DNA of 64,000 nucleotides. Source: Octopus vulgaris (lineage: Eukaryota). Shown piece by piece: positions 1 to 11,951 of the stretch. A program made the position numbers and the translations under genes. The stretch lies in assembly GCA_951406725.2 (NCBI GenBank), contig OX597824.1:98270001-98334000 (forward strand), given 5' to 3'. Under the pieces are notes generated by a model. The model was not told the origin of the DNA, did no database searches, and saw only the letters and a program-made list of their open reading frames with translations. Within the stretch, counting starts at the first letter, position 1. Each line of letters starts with the position of its first letter.

Positions 1-144
1 CTCAACATTTTCCACTCATTTATTCATGAATCAGTGTTAAGGACTTGAGTTTCGGGCAATTACCTACAAAGCTCTTGTTTCTCTCTTTGTATCTCCATTC
101 CGGGGCCACTGGTGATTCATGGTTTTCCTATTCTTGGTTTTATT

Positions 145-935
145 ATTGTTGTTGTTGTTGTTGTTTGACTTTTGCTTTGCATTTGTACAAGTTGGCTCCA
201 AGTCTCACCCAGAGACCACAAGAGACAACAAGTTAGAAGTTCGTGATGTTGTTATGCCTAGGGTGCTATATATTTAATTTTGTACATAGTGTTGTTCTAG
301 AGAATGTTTAAGAAACCATAAGAAAATTATGTGTTTGTTTTAAAATTTTAGATTACATAGAAAGTATTTTGCGTAGGATATGGCCAGTTCCCATGAGCAC
401 TATCTTTTGAATTTCTGCCATTTTCAGGTTTCCCGATATCTGAGCTAGGTAGCAATCAGCCCCTTTTGCTAGCATTCTCAGGGCACCTATGACAACAGGT
501 ATTGTTCTAGTTTTCAGGTTCCATATTTTGCTAATTTCTATTTCAAGATCTTTATATTTGCTCAGTTTTTTGGTAGGTCTTGACAGATACGTTTATATCG
601 ATTGGGACAGTCATATCAATGAGGAAGCATGATTTTTATCTGAAGTCTTTCAATATGATGTCTGGCCTATTTGCATCTATCTTTCTATCAGTTTGAATGG
701 GGAAGTTCCAGAAGAGTGAGATGTGGTCATTTTCAAGCACTGGAGATGGTTTGTGTTCCCACCAGTTTTTTTCATGGGGCAAGTCCAGGCTTTTGCAAAT
801 TACCCAGTGAATATATTGTGCAGCTCTATCATGCCTGTTGCAAGAAAACTGCACATGGAGTCAACAAGATCAATCGTTTCATTTTGTTGTTGACATACAC
901 GACATATTGGGAAGCTGCCGTTCTTTAATATGTTG
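145..935 (-). mobile_element. 3' fragment of an R4/Dong-type RLE non-LTR retrotransposon
   Basis: HDRAAQYIHW...LFWNFPIQTDRKIDANRPDII followed by KYKDLEIEI..W.LK..TIPVVIGAL (restriction-like endonuclease), frameshifted; ends in a (CAA)n/(TAA)n tail. Confidence 0.85.
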
Positions 936-973
936 GCCTGGTAGTTCGGTGGTGGTGGTGGTGGTGGTGGTGG

Positions 974-1182
974 TGAGTTGGCGGATCGTTAGCGTGTCGG
1001 ACAGAATGCTCGGCGGTATTTTTACGGCGTCTTTACACCCTGAGTTCAAATTCTGCGAAAGTTAAATTTGTTTTCATATTTTGGGGTCGATAGAATAAGC
1101 AACAGTTGAACACAGGAGTCGATGTAATCAAATTGCCCCTCCCCTCATAAACTGCAGGTCTTGTACTCAGCTTAGAAAGTAT
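974..1182 (+). mobile_element. tRNA-derived SINE, family A, degenerate
   Basis: Matches other family A copies (ctgagttcaaattc...ggggtcgata...gtcgatgtaatc...cttgt). Confidence 0.65.
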
Positions 1183-4007
1183 TATCAGTGTTATTCTACC
1201 AGCTTCATCATACAGTCGACGGGAAAACCAACCTTCACATTCTAAAGAGTGTTAATAGAGGATAAAAGTGATGATGGGTGGGTATCGACTAGGACAGCTT
1301 AAGTAATCTTTTCGGGGGGGGGGACTTTCAGAAGACTGGGGGCAACTTCCGAAAGTTCTGCCAGAGTGTATTACGGGAGAAGTGGTAGGCATTGTCTGTT
1401 CAAGATAAACTCCACGAGTTTTCAGTCGTGTTGAAGCCGCCAACAAGCAAACTTGTCTGAGACGTACACATGGCACTGTAATCAGTTTAGCGCTGTTTTT
1501 TGTTTGTTTTGCTATATCCGCTCCCCACCTTTTTGTTTTATAAATTTAGCATCAGTTTCTGGTAATCTGTCTCCTAACAATTTAGTTCCACTTTTGATAA
1601 TCTCTCCCTGTTTTTCTGTATATTTTTTTCATTCATACAAGACAACGAACGTGTTCATGGCTGGTTTTTAATCTGTTCTGGATTTACGTAATCAAGGCCA
1701 AGTCGGTACCTGGACGTTGTTTAGAATGTTCTCAGTACTAGTTTCACTTTCTGAAGGCACCAATTTTATTTTGTCGAACTGTATCTGACATGGAAGAATT
1801 TTGGTTGCTATAAGTCAATTTAAGAGAAGTTGGTTCCATATTCTAATAGCACTATCACTATCGATGCTTCATAATTTGAAATGGTGAGTAGGGGTGGGGG
1901 TGGGATTGGCATAAAGCCAGGGTTTGTTGATAATTAAAGTGTTTATGAAATAAAATTGAGGGGACATTGTCAGCTGCTAAATCAACATCCGAACCAATTC
2001 TAGGAAGTTGAAAAATTTCGTTCTGTTCTGCAAGATTTTCGTGAACAATAAATGTTTGAGTGCCCCATCTCTGAGCGAGCTTTCTCGATGCGATATTTCT
2101 AGAAGTTTGTGTATATTATAAATTATTATGTTAAAATTACGAGCCCCTCAATTTCTATTACTCATATAACGATTAAAATATGTTTTGTGCTGTGTATGCA
2201 TTGTATATTTATTGTTTATCCACAAATAATATGTCCCGTAAGAAAAACACGACCCGAAACTAAGATTCGTAAAAAAAAATTGCCTTTGTTTTCCTATAAT
2301 TTCATGTACCAATAACGAAAGAATGTTGCTATTTTAAACCGCATCTGCCCAAATTTGGACGATATTTATTAAAAAAAACGTTTATAAATACTTACATTTG
2401 GTAAATTATTGGAATAAACATAGTTTTATATTTCTAAGATTAAAGGACTTCCATCAGCTTCAACTTCTCGTTTTTAGCTCTGGTTTTTAAGAAATTCAAC
2501 TTTTGAAAATCTTTATTTGGCACCACCAGAGCAGAATGCCGAAACTGTCCGACACACGGACGTTCAGTGTTTGTGTATTACGACTGTTTATGTCAAACAG
2601 CTGTTCTCATTTGCGGGTCGGATCTGGCTGTTAGTCGTGTCTATCGCGAAATTATCAAACAACTGGACATGAAAGAACGTTTCTAGTTTTCCTCCAACCG
2701 ATGAAGGAATCTGAGACAGGGCCGAAAGGTTTGAGGATTAGGGGGGTTTTTTTCTCAGTTTACTTCACCAATTTTGTCAAATATCATTTTAAGATATGGG
2801 GGTGGGGAGAGAGGGGGGTGCTGCCTGTCAATAAATTTTAAATGGATCAGATGGAGCTGTTCGATGGGGACAAGAGCTGGGGTAAGGCTTTTGGTGGATC
2901 GGGACAATTTCCGGTTGCATATAGGCTGCCCGGAATCAACCCTGTGTGATTTCTCCAACGCATCTTGGTGATAACTTTTTCTTATTAATTAGTTCTTGTT
3001 TATTATTAACTTTGCTGAATCTTATCTATTTATATTTGTGTCTATATTTTGATCTCACTCTTTTACTCCGAAATCCTTCACCGCCGCCGCTATGTCTTGT
3101 CTGTCGTTCTCTTTAGCATTTCCTCTTTTTATTGTTCCCAAAGCATTGGACCATTGAGGTCAATAAAAGAGGTGGTTGTTGTTGTTGTTGTTGTTGTTGT
3201 TGTTGCTTTTATACCGAGTTCCAGTCTGGCTTCCGATTACTTTCAACCATCTGTGGTCGAGAAATGCTTGACCACGCGCTTACGTCAGAAAGTATTATTC
3301 TGGGTTTATAACCCTGAGTGTCGATGAAGATAGATCAACTGATCTCTTCGGACAACTTGTGAAAAACCCTTGACCCGGCAGTGTTACAGGGGTCCTTTGT
3401 TGGTACGAGATAAACTGTACGGGTAGAGCACTGCTGTTAGCTGGGCCTCTTCGAGATAAACTGTACAGACCCAGTAGCGTAAGGACGCAGAGGGCGAAAT
3501 GATCGTCCTCCTTACACTCGTTTGGCGCCTGTTTGTTGCTTGCTTCTGTAATCATGTCGAACAGTTGTTAACGGATGTGGGACCGATCCAACTATTAGCC
3601 GCACCCATCATGAGGATTGCCCTTTTCTTGCGAGGGAAAGGCAGGCAGTTTCCTCTTGATGGGCGGCTGGAGCGAAAGATGAACCGTGGGAGACAAGGTT
3701 GAGGAGGGCTAACGTCAGGGGATTTTGCACTCTGGCCTAACCATCCACACCTCTGACCTCCTAACCCCTCATCAAATACTTTTAATCACAGCTGGAAGAG
3801 GGAAGGCGGAGTAGAGGGTGGAGTGCGACTCACTGCCCCGAATATATTTCAGGAAAGGCGGTTGAGTGATGACCCGAGTGAAATGACTTGGTTTGTAAGT
3901 CCTGCTTTAAATATGTATCTGTGGGTCTTTGGCGAAATCTGGGAATGGACACTTGTCCTTTGTTATCGGGGTAGTTCAAGGGGTTTTGTGGGAGAAACTT
4001 ACTTGAT

Positions 4008-4013
4008 ACACAC

Positions 4014-4089
<76 letters not shown>
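4008..4089. repeat. (CA)n microsatellite (representative of many: 5364-5432, 9984-10071, 21430-21675)
   Basis: Direct read. Confidence 0.95.
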
Positions 4090-4091
<2 letters not shown>

Positions 4092-4484
4092 AATATTTGT
4101 GTATAAATTTTGTGACCGGGTCGCAGTTTGAAGCGATGAAAATTTCGACATCACAGAACAAACAGTGAAACAAAGAAGTGAAGTTAACATTTCTTGTATG
4201 TTTTTGAATGGCTTCACAGGAGTCTTTCAAATTGTAATTGTTTTACTTTCGACACAGTTTCAAATCGAATCACTGGGCAGGGTACATCTCCATTGTGTGT
4301 GTGGGGGGGGGGTGTAATGTATGTATATATGTATGTATGTATGGTAGTGTGACAGTTGTAAAATATATGAAAATGTTTTTCTTACGTCGTGCATATATTA
4401 TTGCAAGGCGTTTCATCTCGGCAGGGTAACTACCCAGGCAGTTTCTACCCACACTAAAAATCTAACTACTAATCATTGGTTTCA

Positions 4485-4660
4485 TGTTTTGGCACAAGGC
4501 CGGCAGTTTTCAAGGCCCCAGTGTTCAAATGGTACCCTTTTTTATCGACCCAGAAAGCATGAAAGGCAAAGTAACCCTTGGCGGAAATTGAACTCAGAAC
4601 ATAAAGACATACGAAATGCCGCTAAGTAATTTGCCCAGCATGCCAGCCATTTTACCAGCT
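4485..4660 (-). mobile_element. SINE family A
   Basis: ttatcgacccagaaagcatgaaaggcaaag...gaactcagaac shared with 7430-7490. Confidence 0.75.
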
Positions 4661-4709
4661 CATATAAAAAAGAAGACAATGATTCTTAATTCAAGGTAAA
4701 AGAATTATA

Positions 4710-5116
4710 TCTCTCTCTATATATATAAAGCTGAAGTTGTCTGTGTGTGGCAGGTTTGGTAGCCTTCAGCTAACACTATCTCCTCTGAGACCCTGCGGCG
4801 CAAGTTGACCAAAATTGAGAGTATGATAGAAGAAGGCTTGCTCTACCTTCTGTAGAAGATAAAATTCAAATTGGACCATGTTAACATCAAAAATTATTTA
4901 CATCAAAAAGGTGCTTGTTTTTTCTATGAAAATCCCTATTTTTTAAGGTTTTTTGACTACTGTGTCGCCATTTTTCGGTGTATTTCAACCAGAAAAATGT
5001 TCACTTAAAGAAAATAACAAGCTACATAATGCAAAAGTTTTACTTTTCAAAAATTCCAATTCTAAAGGGTCGAAAAGAAAAGAAACCCGAGCAACGCCGG
5101 GCAATACTGCTCGTAT
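4710..5116 (+). mobile_element. Non-autonomous Helitron-like element (full copy)
   Basis: 5' tctatatatataaagctgaag; 3' hairpin cccgagcaacgccggg then a decayed CTAGT (ctcgt); near-identical truncated copies at 8490-8847 and 10668-10907. Confidence 0.7.
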
Positions 5117-5361
5117 ACATTAAATGCCATGGAATTCAGTGCGTACGCAAGAAAATAGTCTATATTTTTGATGTTAAACAAACTCATCATCTGGTGCCTT
5201 TCAAGTTCAGTGTATATAAATTACGCAAAACATTATTCGCCTCTAAGGCTGTGATATACGAAGCTGAGTTGTCAGGAGGTGGAAATTAAATTACATCTCT
5301 GGGTATCGTTACACTATGAAAGTGTATAATGTGTCTGAGTGAGGGAGCGGCTTAGGGTTAT

Positions 5362-5417
<56 letters not shown>

Positions 5418-5574
5418 TGTGTGTCTGTGTGTAAATGTGCAGATAGACGTATATATAAATAAATGAATATGTGTATTTTTGTGTTTACACATGTTTATTC
5501 GGAAATGTACGTAAATGTAACCAACTTAAAGGTTTTGAATTCTTATATATGTGTATGTTTGCATGTGTGTGTGT

Positions 5575-5617
<43 letters not shown>

Positions 5618-5839
5618 TGTGTGTGTGTCTATATATACATTTATAGGCATTTACACGAACACATTTATACTACTTCATACAATAGAGTACATATATATAT
5701 ATATATATCAGATACATCCCTCCTCTCTCTCGCTATCAGATAGATAGATAGATAGATAGATACATACATACATACATACATACATACATACATACATACA
5801 TACATACATACATACATACATACATACACATACATAGAA

Positions 5840-6480
5840 TATCAATGTTGAAAGTGAAGGATGAGTTGTTGAGCCATTTTGTTGTAGGAAATACAGATTT
5901 GGAAGTTACGAGTTATGTCTTGCAGTGAGATCAGAAAGACCAGTTGGTGGAGATATAGAATAAGACGCTGCTGATTGCTTGAAGTATCTCAAAAGGTATT
6001 CGTTGAAGTGTCGACATTTTGTGACGATAATTTTTAATCTGATATTTAGATATTTTACAGATTTATTTAAGATTTTTTTTTGGCTGCATCTCTTTGTTCT
6101 CTGTATGGTTTGCATATCTTTCGGATGAGCCCCGTTGTGCTGATAAGCAGTAGCATGTTTTTTCAATCTAAAAACGTAATTTGATCATTTTTGCTGTATT
6201 TTTTCTTATCTATATTTCTGAAGGTGGAAGAAAGGTTGACGTATCTTTGTTTAAATTTACCTTCTAACATACCTACTTAATATTTACATAACCTATTATG
6301 GTTTGGTGGAGATAACTTCAGCTTTATATACGATCACTTCAGACTCGTCTGACAGTTTCGGAGACAGAAGCGTGTATTTCAGTTTAATTGAAACAATTAG
6401 TTTCTGTTAATTTAAGTTGGTTTGGAAGTCAGTAAGATTTTCCCATTAGTTGTTGGACTGTAATTCACCTTAGATTTATT
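5840..6480 (-). mobile_element. Penelope-like element fragment (GIY-YIG endonuclease remnant)
   Basis: Minus strand reads IVYKAEVIS...GMLEGKFKQRY, parallel to the PLE at 33350-33660; contains stops and frameshifts. Confidence 0.65.
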
Positions 6481-6489
6481 GTTTGTTTT

Positions 6490-6806
6490 TTTTTACCTCT
6501 GCCTTAGCGAAGGCAGAGGTGTTGTTTTCAGTCGTGTTTGTTTGTCCGTGGACAAGATATCTCAAGAACTGCTGGATGGATTCAGATGAAACCTTCAGGG
6601 ATGTTTGGCCTCGTGACTGGCATGAACTGATTAGATTTTGGGGTCGATCCGGTACCGGACAAGGATCCTGGATTATTTGTTATATTTACTTTACTTTACC
6701 TGTAATATTACGAGATATTCTCATTTTAAAATCATCTCTGGTTAATCGTTGAGAGGACGTTGGTGTTACTATGGTGGAGGTTTGTGCTCTCTGAGTGCTC
6801 TTGTTA
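6490..6806 (+). mobile_element. Helentron-associated (HINE/DINE-like) non-autonomous element
   Basis: TT-flanked subterminal IR acctctgcc...ggtggaggt, 5' palindrome cctctgccttagcgaaggcagagg, gtttgtttgtcc microsatellite, 3' hairpin gtgctctctgagtgc. Confidence 0.65.
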
Positions 6807-7345
6807 ACTATGTTATTGTGAGTGTGTGTATGTGTGTGTGTGTTTGTGTGTGTGCGTAAGTGCGTGTGTGTGTGTGTGTGTGTGTGTGCGTGCGTGCGTG
6901 TGTGTGTGTGTGCGTGCATAAATTTTCCTCCCTATTATTATGACTGAGGTAGAATAAGATAAGGTGTAGAGCATCGTATCCTAATTTGGTAGCATGAGTT
7001 ACATTTATATTTATTCCCCATTGGGGCAGGTGGAGGCTATTGTCTTGTCCTTGGATCAACCGATTACATTCCATAAATATCACCAATTAGAAGTAAATTG
7101 CATGTTCAATCCTAGATATTGGAGTAGTGTGGAAGAACTGTAGAAGAGAGCACAAACTTCTTGCTTTCTGAGGCGTCCCGTTTAACGGAAGCATAAGGTA
7201 AGGCTCGTGGGAGCACTTGGCTGTTCCTGTTTCTCAGTCTCGCCATAGTTCGCAATCATTCAGTGTGTATTTTGCGTTAGTGACTTCTGTTCATAAATCC
7301 GAAGAAACCACAAGACAAGAACCAAATAATAATAATAATAATAAT

Positions 7346-7548
7346 CCTTTCTACTATAGGCACAAGGCCTGAAATATTGGGGGAGGGGATAAGTCAGTTA
7401 CATCGACCCCAGTACTCAACTCGTACTTAATTTATCGACCCCGAAAGGATGAAAGGCAAAGACGACCTCGGCGGAATTTGAACTCAGAACGTAACGAAAT
7501 GCCGCTAAGCATTTTGCCCGGCGAGTTAACGATTCTGCCAGCTCGCCG
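7346..7548 (-). mobile_element. SINE family A, well-preserved copy
   Basis: ggcgagctggcagaatcgtt...gagttcaaattccgccgaggtc...gcctttcatcctttcggggtcgataaa; sits between (TAA)n runs. Confidence 0.85.
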
Positions 7549-7554
7549 ACCTAC

Positions 7555-7586
<32 letters not shown>

Positions 7587-7597
7587 TAATAATAATA

Positions 7598-7999
7598 TAG
7601 TTGTCAGAGATCATGAAGAAAAAAAATGCTTTCTAATTGATGTATCAATACCGGCAGATGACAACGTGTCTCTAAAAGAAATGGAGAAACTCTCAAAATA
7701 CAAAGACCTGGAAATAGAGGTAACTAGAATGTGGAATCTGAAAACAGAAACAATTCCTATCATAGTAGGTGCATTAGGCATGATAAAAAAATATTCAGAC
7801 AAATACATAACAAAAACACCAGGACTTACAAACACATATAACATACAGAAAATTGAACTACTAGGCACTGCACACATCCTACGCAGAACACTTTCCATAC
7901 AATAACCATCAGAGCATCACAACAAATCACAGCACATACCCAAGGCACACAGAGCTGCGCTCGGTAGTGAAGTGAAAGCACGCTATAAAAATAAAACTA

Positions 8000-8053
<54 letters not shown>
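7598..8053 (+). mobile_element. 5'-truncated R4/Dong-type RLE LINE in a (TAA)n tract
   Basis: CFLIDVSIPADDNVSLKEMEKLSKYKDLEIEVTRMWNLKTETIPIIVGALG; short 3' UTR; (TAA)n on both sides. Confidence 0.88.
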
Positions 8054-8054
<1 letters not shown>

Positions 8055-8371
8055 TCACATACAAACAAATAAGAGAGCATCATATTACTCATTATTATCC
8101 ACGTTGTAGCAGCAGTAGAACAAATAGTAGAGGAGAGTTTAATAAATATCTTCTATTTACTCAGGTGAAGGATATTAATTAGAAATATGGCGACAGAAAT
8201 TGGTCCAGGAATCATTTTTATTTAATTCACGCACCGTAAATACACCCAAGCGATAGGATTGCTGATGCAAACAGGAAAAATGGAACTCAAAACATGAGTA
8301 TATATATATATATATATATATTAGAACATGATTATATATACAGGGTGCGGTGAATAGACTGTCGTCTAAAT

Positions 8372-9030
8372 CAGTGATTCGCAAACTATCTGATGTGACG
8401 TACCAGCAGTCCCCTCCCCCACCACCAAGTGTGCCAGGGACCGGTAATATTTCTTAGTAATATTAATTTATATCAGAAACAATATATCTATCTCTCTATA
8501 TAAAGCTGAAGTTGTCTGTGTGTGGCAGGTTTGGTAGCCTTCAACTAACACTATCTCCTTCGAGACCCTGCAGCGCAAGTTGACCAAAATTGATAGTATG
8601 ATAGAAGAAGGCTTGCTCTTCCTTCCGTAGAAGAAAAAATTCAAATTGGACCATGTTAACACCAAAACTTATTTACATCAAAAAGGTGCTTTTTTTTTCT
8701 ATGGAAATCCCTATTTTTTACGATTTTTTGACTGCTGTGTCGCCATTTTTCGGTGTATTTCAACCAGAAAAATGTTCACTTAAAGAGAATAACAAGCTAC
8801 ATAGTGCAAAATTTTTACTTTTCAAAAATTCCAATTCTAAAGGGTCGGTAATGAATATGATAAAAGTTGACAATATTTTTTTATTTTATGTTTATTTTAT
8901 AAACAAATAATACAATATTACCTAAGCATTTTATAAGCCTTTTATACTGTTTCTTTCTTTATTGGAAACTCGCCGCCTAACGGCAGTTGATGGCTCCTGG
9001 ACCCGCGGGCTTCCACTTTGAGTAGCACTG
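8372..9030. mobile_element. hAT (Charlie-like) MITE with perfect 8-bp TSD GTCTAAAT
   Basis: Termini cagtg...cactg; GTCTAAAT at 8364-8371 and 9031-9038. Confidence 0.85.
8490..8847 (+). mobile_element. Helitron-like copy nested in the hAT MITE
   Basis: Near-identical to 4710-5070; 3'-truncated. Confidence 0.75.
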
Positions 9031-9978
9031 GTCTAAATTATGCTAAAATGAAAATAACACTAACATCTCATTTTAACAGATATATTTACCAAAGTTACAT
9101 AAAAATATCTTTAAGTACTAAAGAGTAAATTTATTCAATAAAGTCGCCATTGGCTTCAACCACGGACTCCAAACGACTTCGGAATCTCCAGCAACTCTTT
9201 TGGACGGTCAAAAGTTCATCTTTGGTGTTACAAGGAGTTTCATTGGTCTTTCTCGCTCAGCTGCACCCCACACATAGGGGGTTGCAGTTTGGGGAGTTAG
9301 GTGGCCAGATGTTAGGGGTAGTGTGGCCGTAAAAATTGTCTGACAGCCATGACTGAGTTCTCCCGTTTGTGTGGCATAATGCAGAGTCCTGTTGCCAGAC
9401 ATAGGGTCTTCCAGCAGCCACCCTCTTGACCCAGGGCAGCACTACCTCCTCCAGGCACTTGATGTAGGCCTCTGTGTTGAGTAAGAGGCCGTGTGGGGAG
9501 ATGAATGGAGGCATAACGTCACCATCAATAGTGACCACTCCAAACACCATGATGTTGATAAGGTGTTTGATTTTTATCAATCACGGTACTTGTCCTCAGA
9601 TTGACACCCAAACACTCTGAAATGTTCGTATTGGCGCTTCCGGCGCGAATGCCAAGCAATACAGCATGTCGTTTCCAAATTTCTGGCAGAGTGAATTGCG
9701 TCGTGGTGTTGTTTTTCTCACAGACGGTGCCCAACCGACCCTACTATAGTGTATTGTCGACAAAATCAAAAACTGCTTATGCACAAAATAAAAAATATAA
9801 AATGGTGACAATTTATCCCTCGCATTGTGTGTGTGTGTGTGTGTGTGCTTATAAAACAGAATTCAAAGCATAACTCCGAATGACCCGTCCTTGTTTTCTT
9901 TGTATCGTCTATCTGGATGTTTTGTTGTTCCTTTCTTGTATCACTTGTCTGGGTGTTTTGCGTTCTTGTCCTATTTTG

Positions 9979-10073
<95 letters not shown>

Positions 10074-10667
10074 TATGTATATATTCATGCTTCTGCTAAA
10101 CATCAATAAAGATACACATCCAAATGACGAGGTTCTTTCGCATTTGTCAAATAATAATGGCTTGTTTCTGTTTTAGAGTAGCAAAGAATATCGATTTTTC
10201 ATTTTTTTTCATTTAGGCCCCAAATTACTGACAGAAATGATATGTTGGAACTAAATGATGTCTCGAGAGTCCCAAAAACACGAACAGTTGTGACTGTTCA
10301 ATGCAAGCGCCACAGTTACCTCTTCTTTTTTTTATTAGTATTTTCAGTTTTATATTTTAAACTATTCAAAACCTGACCCAATTTCACGCTAGAATATTTC
10401 GTTGCTGCACAGAAGATCGATATATTGTTTCTATTTTGATTATATTCCTCAAGGTCACGGAGCTGTTTTTGTACGCAAATCGAAGACAGTTTATTCCGGA
10501 AGTAAATCTTCGTCTTAAACTATAAGCTTCTGTGAAAGTTGTCTTCTCTAAATCGAATCTAACAGGCGATCTTTGGTTGTAGATGCCATGTATCTGCGAG
10601 AGTAATAATGAAACCGTAACAATCAAGAGAAATGCAAAACTAGAAAGCGAAACGAATGTCTCTCTCT

Positions 10668-10907
10668 CTCTATATATATAAAGTTGAAGTTGTCTGTGTA
10701 TGGCAGGTTTGGTAGCCTTCAACTAACACTATCTCCTCCGAGACCCTGCGGCGCAAGTTGACCAAAATTGAGAGTATGGTAGAAGGAAAAATTCAAGTCG
10801 GACCATGTTAACACAAAAAATTATTTATATTAAAAAGGTGCTATGAAAATCCCTATTTTTTACGATTTTTTTGACTGCTGTGTCGTCATTTTTCGGTGTA
10901 TTTCAAC
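10668..10907 (+). mobile_element. Helitron-like copy, truncated
   Basis: Same family as 4710-5116, with internal deletions. Confidence 0.7.
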
Positions 10908-11766
10908 ATACTCGACTTATTAGTATAAAGGATTCTGGGACATTCGGTATTTCGACGTCGTTGTGTCTCATCAACTAGACATAGCTTCAGACTAATGACT
11001 CTAACTAGAGCTGACGAGACGCAATGGTGTCGAAACATCACTATTTTTTGTATTAATGAATTGAGTGTGCTATGAACATAGATTAATCTCACAGGAATTG
11101 TTCTCCGATGAAGAAACACAACAGCGATTAGCATATTCACGTCCAAATCTGTCAGAGCGTATTAAGAATAGATTTTTCCTAAATTTTATTAAAAGACCCT
11201 TTATAATATAGAACCGAGATTGTTTCCGCTTCTCGGAACTCACACGAGAAAACTATATTGAGATAATTGAATATTTAAGTTTGAATTACAATAATGAGGA
11301 AGCCTGTCAGAAATAGCAGTCTAATGTCCCTCACATAACACAAGCCAGCATTTAAAAAAAAACTTTTGATCATACATATACTTCATCACAGATGGCCTAG
11401 GGCTAAACAACAACAGTATCAAGTGTGGATGTCTGGTTCACAGCATTTCAGATGTCGGCTGGGCTAAACCAGAGCTTCTCAATTTATTCCCCTCTCGGCG
11501 ATCTTTTGAACTAAAATTACCGCTGCGCCCTCACCCACCTCTCGCAGAGACAAGACATAAAAACTAACACCAATTAACTTTGATAATCTTGAAGTTCTTC
11601 ACCAAACGAAAATTCTCGGTTTTGTGTGTGTGTGTGTGTGTGTTTGCTTGTGCATGCGTGTATGTGTGTGTATACAAGATAATATGATTGTATGATTGGC
11701 ACGTTCCTATTCACAGTGCAATCCTTGTGGTTTCATGGAAACTTGCAAGCTAGGTTTAATATCTGG

Positions 11767-11819
<53 letters not shown>

Positions 11820-11901
11820 GCTGTTGTTAGACACAAACGAAGATGATTGTCAGTTGTTTGAAACTACTTGGTAAATTTCACAGCTTTCTCAGAAATTATG
11901 T

Positions 11902-11951
<50 letters not shown>

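Larger units (their letters stand above)
8341..9828 (-). mobile_element. DD37D (maT/mori) Tc1-mariner transposon remnant, interrupted
   Basis: VWQQDSALCHT...WPPNSPNCNPL, with 37 residues after the second D; TIR cagggtgcggtgaatagactgtcgtc after TA at 8341, and a degenerate partner near 9805-9828. Confidence 0.8.
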
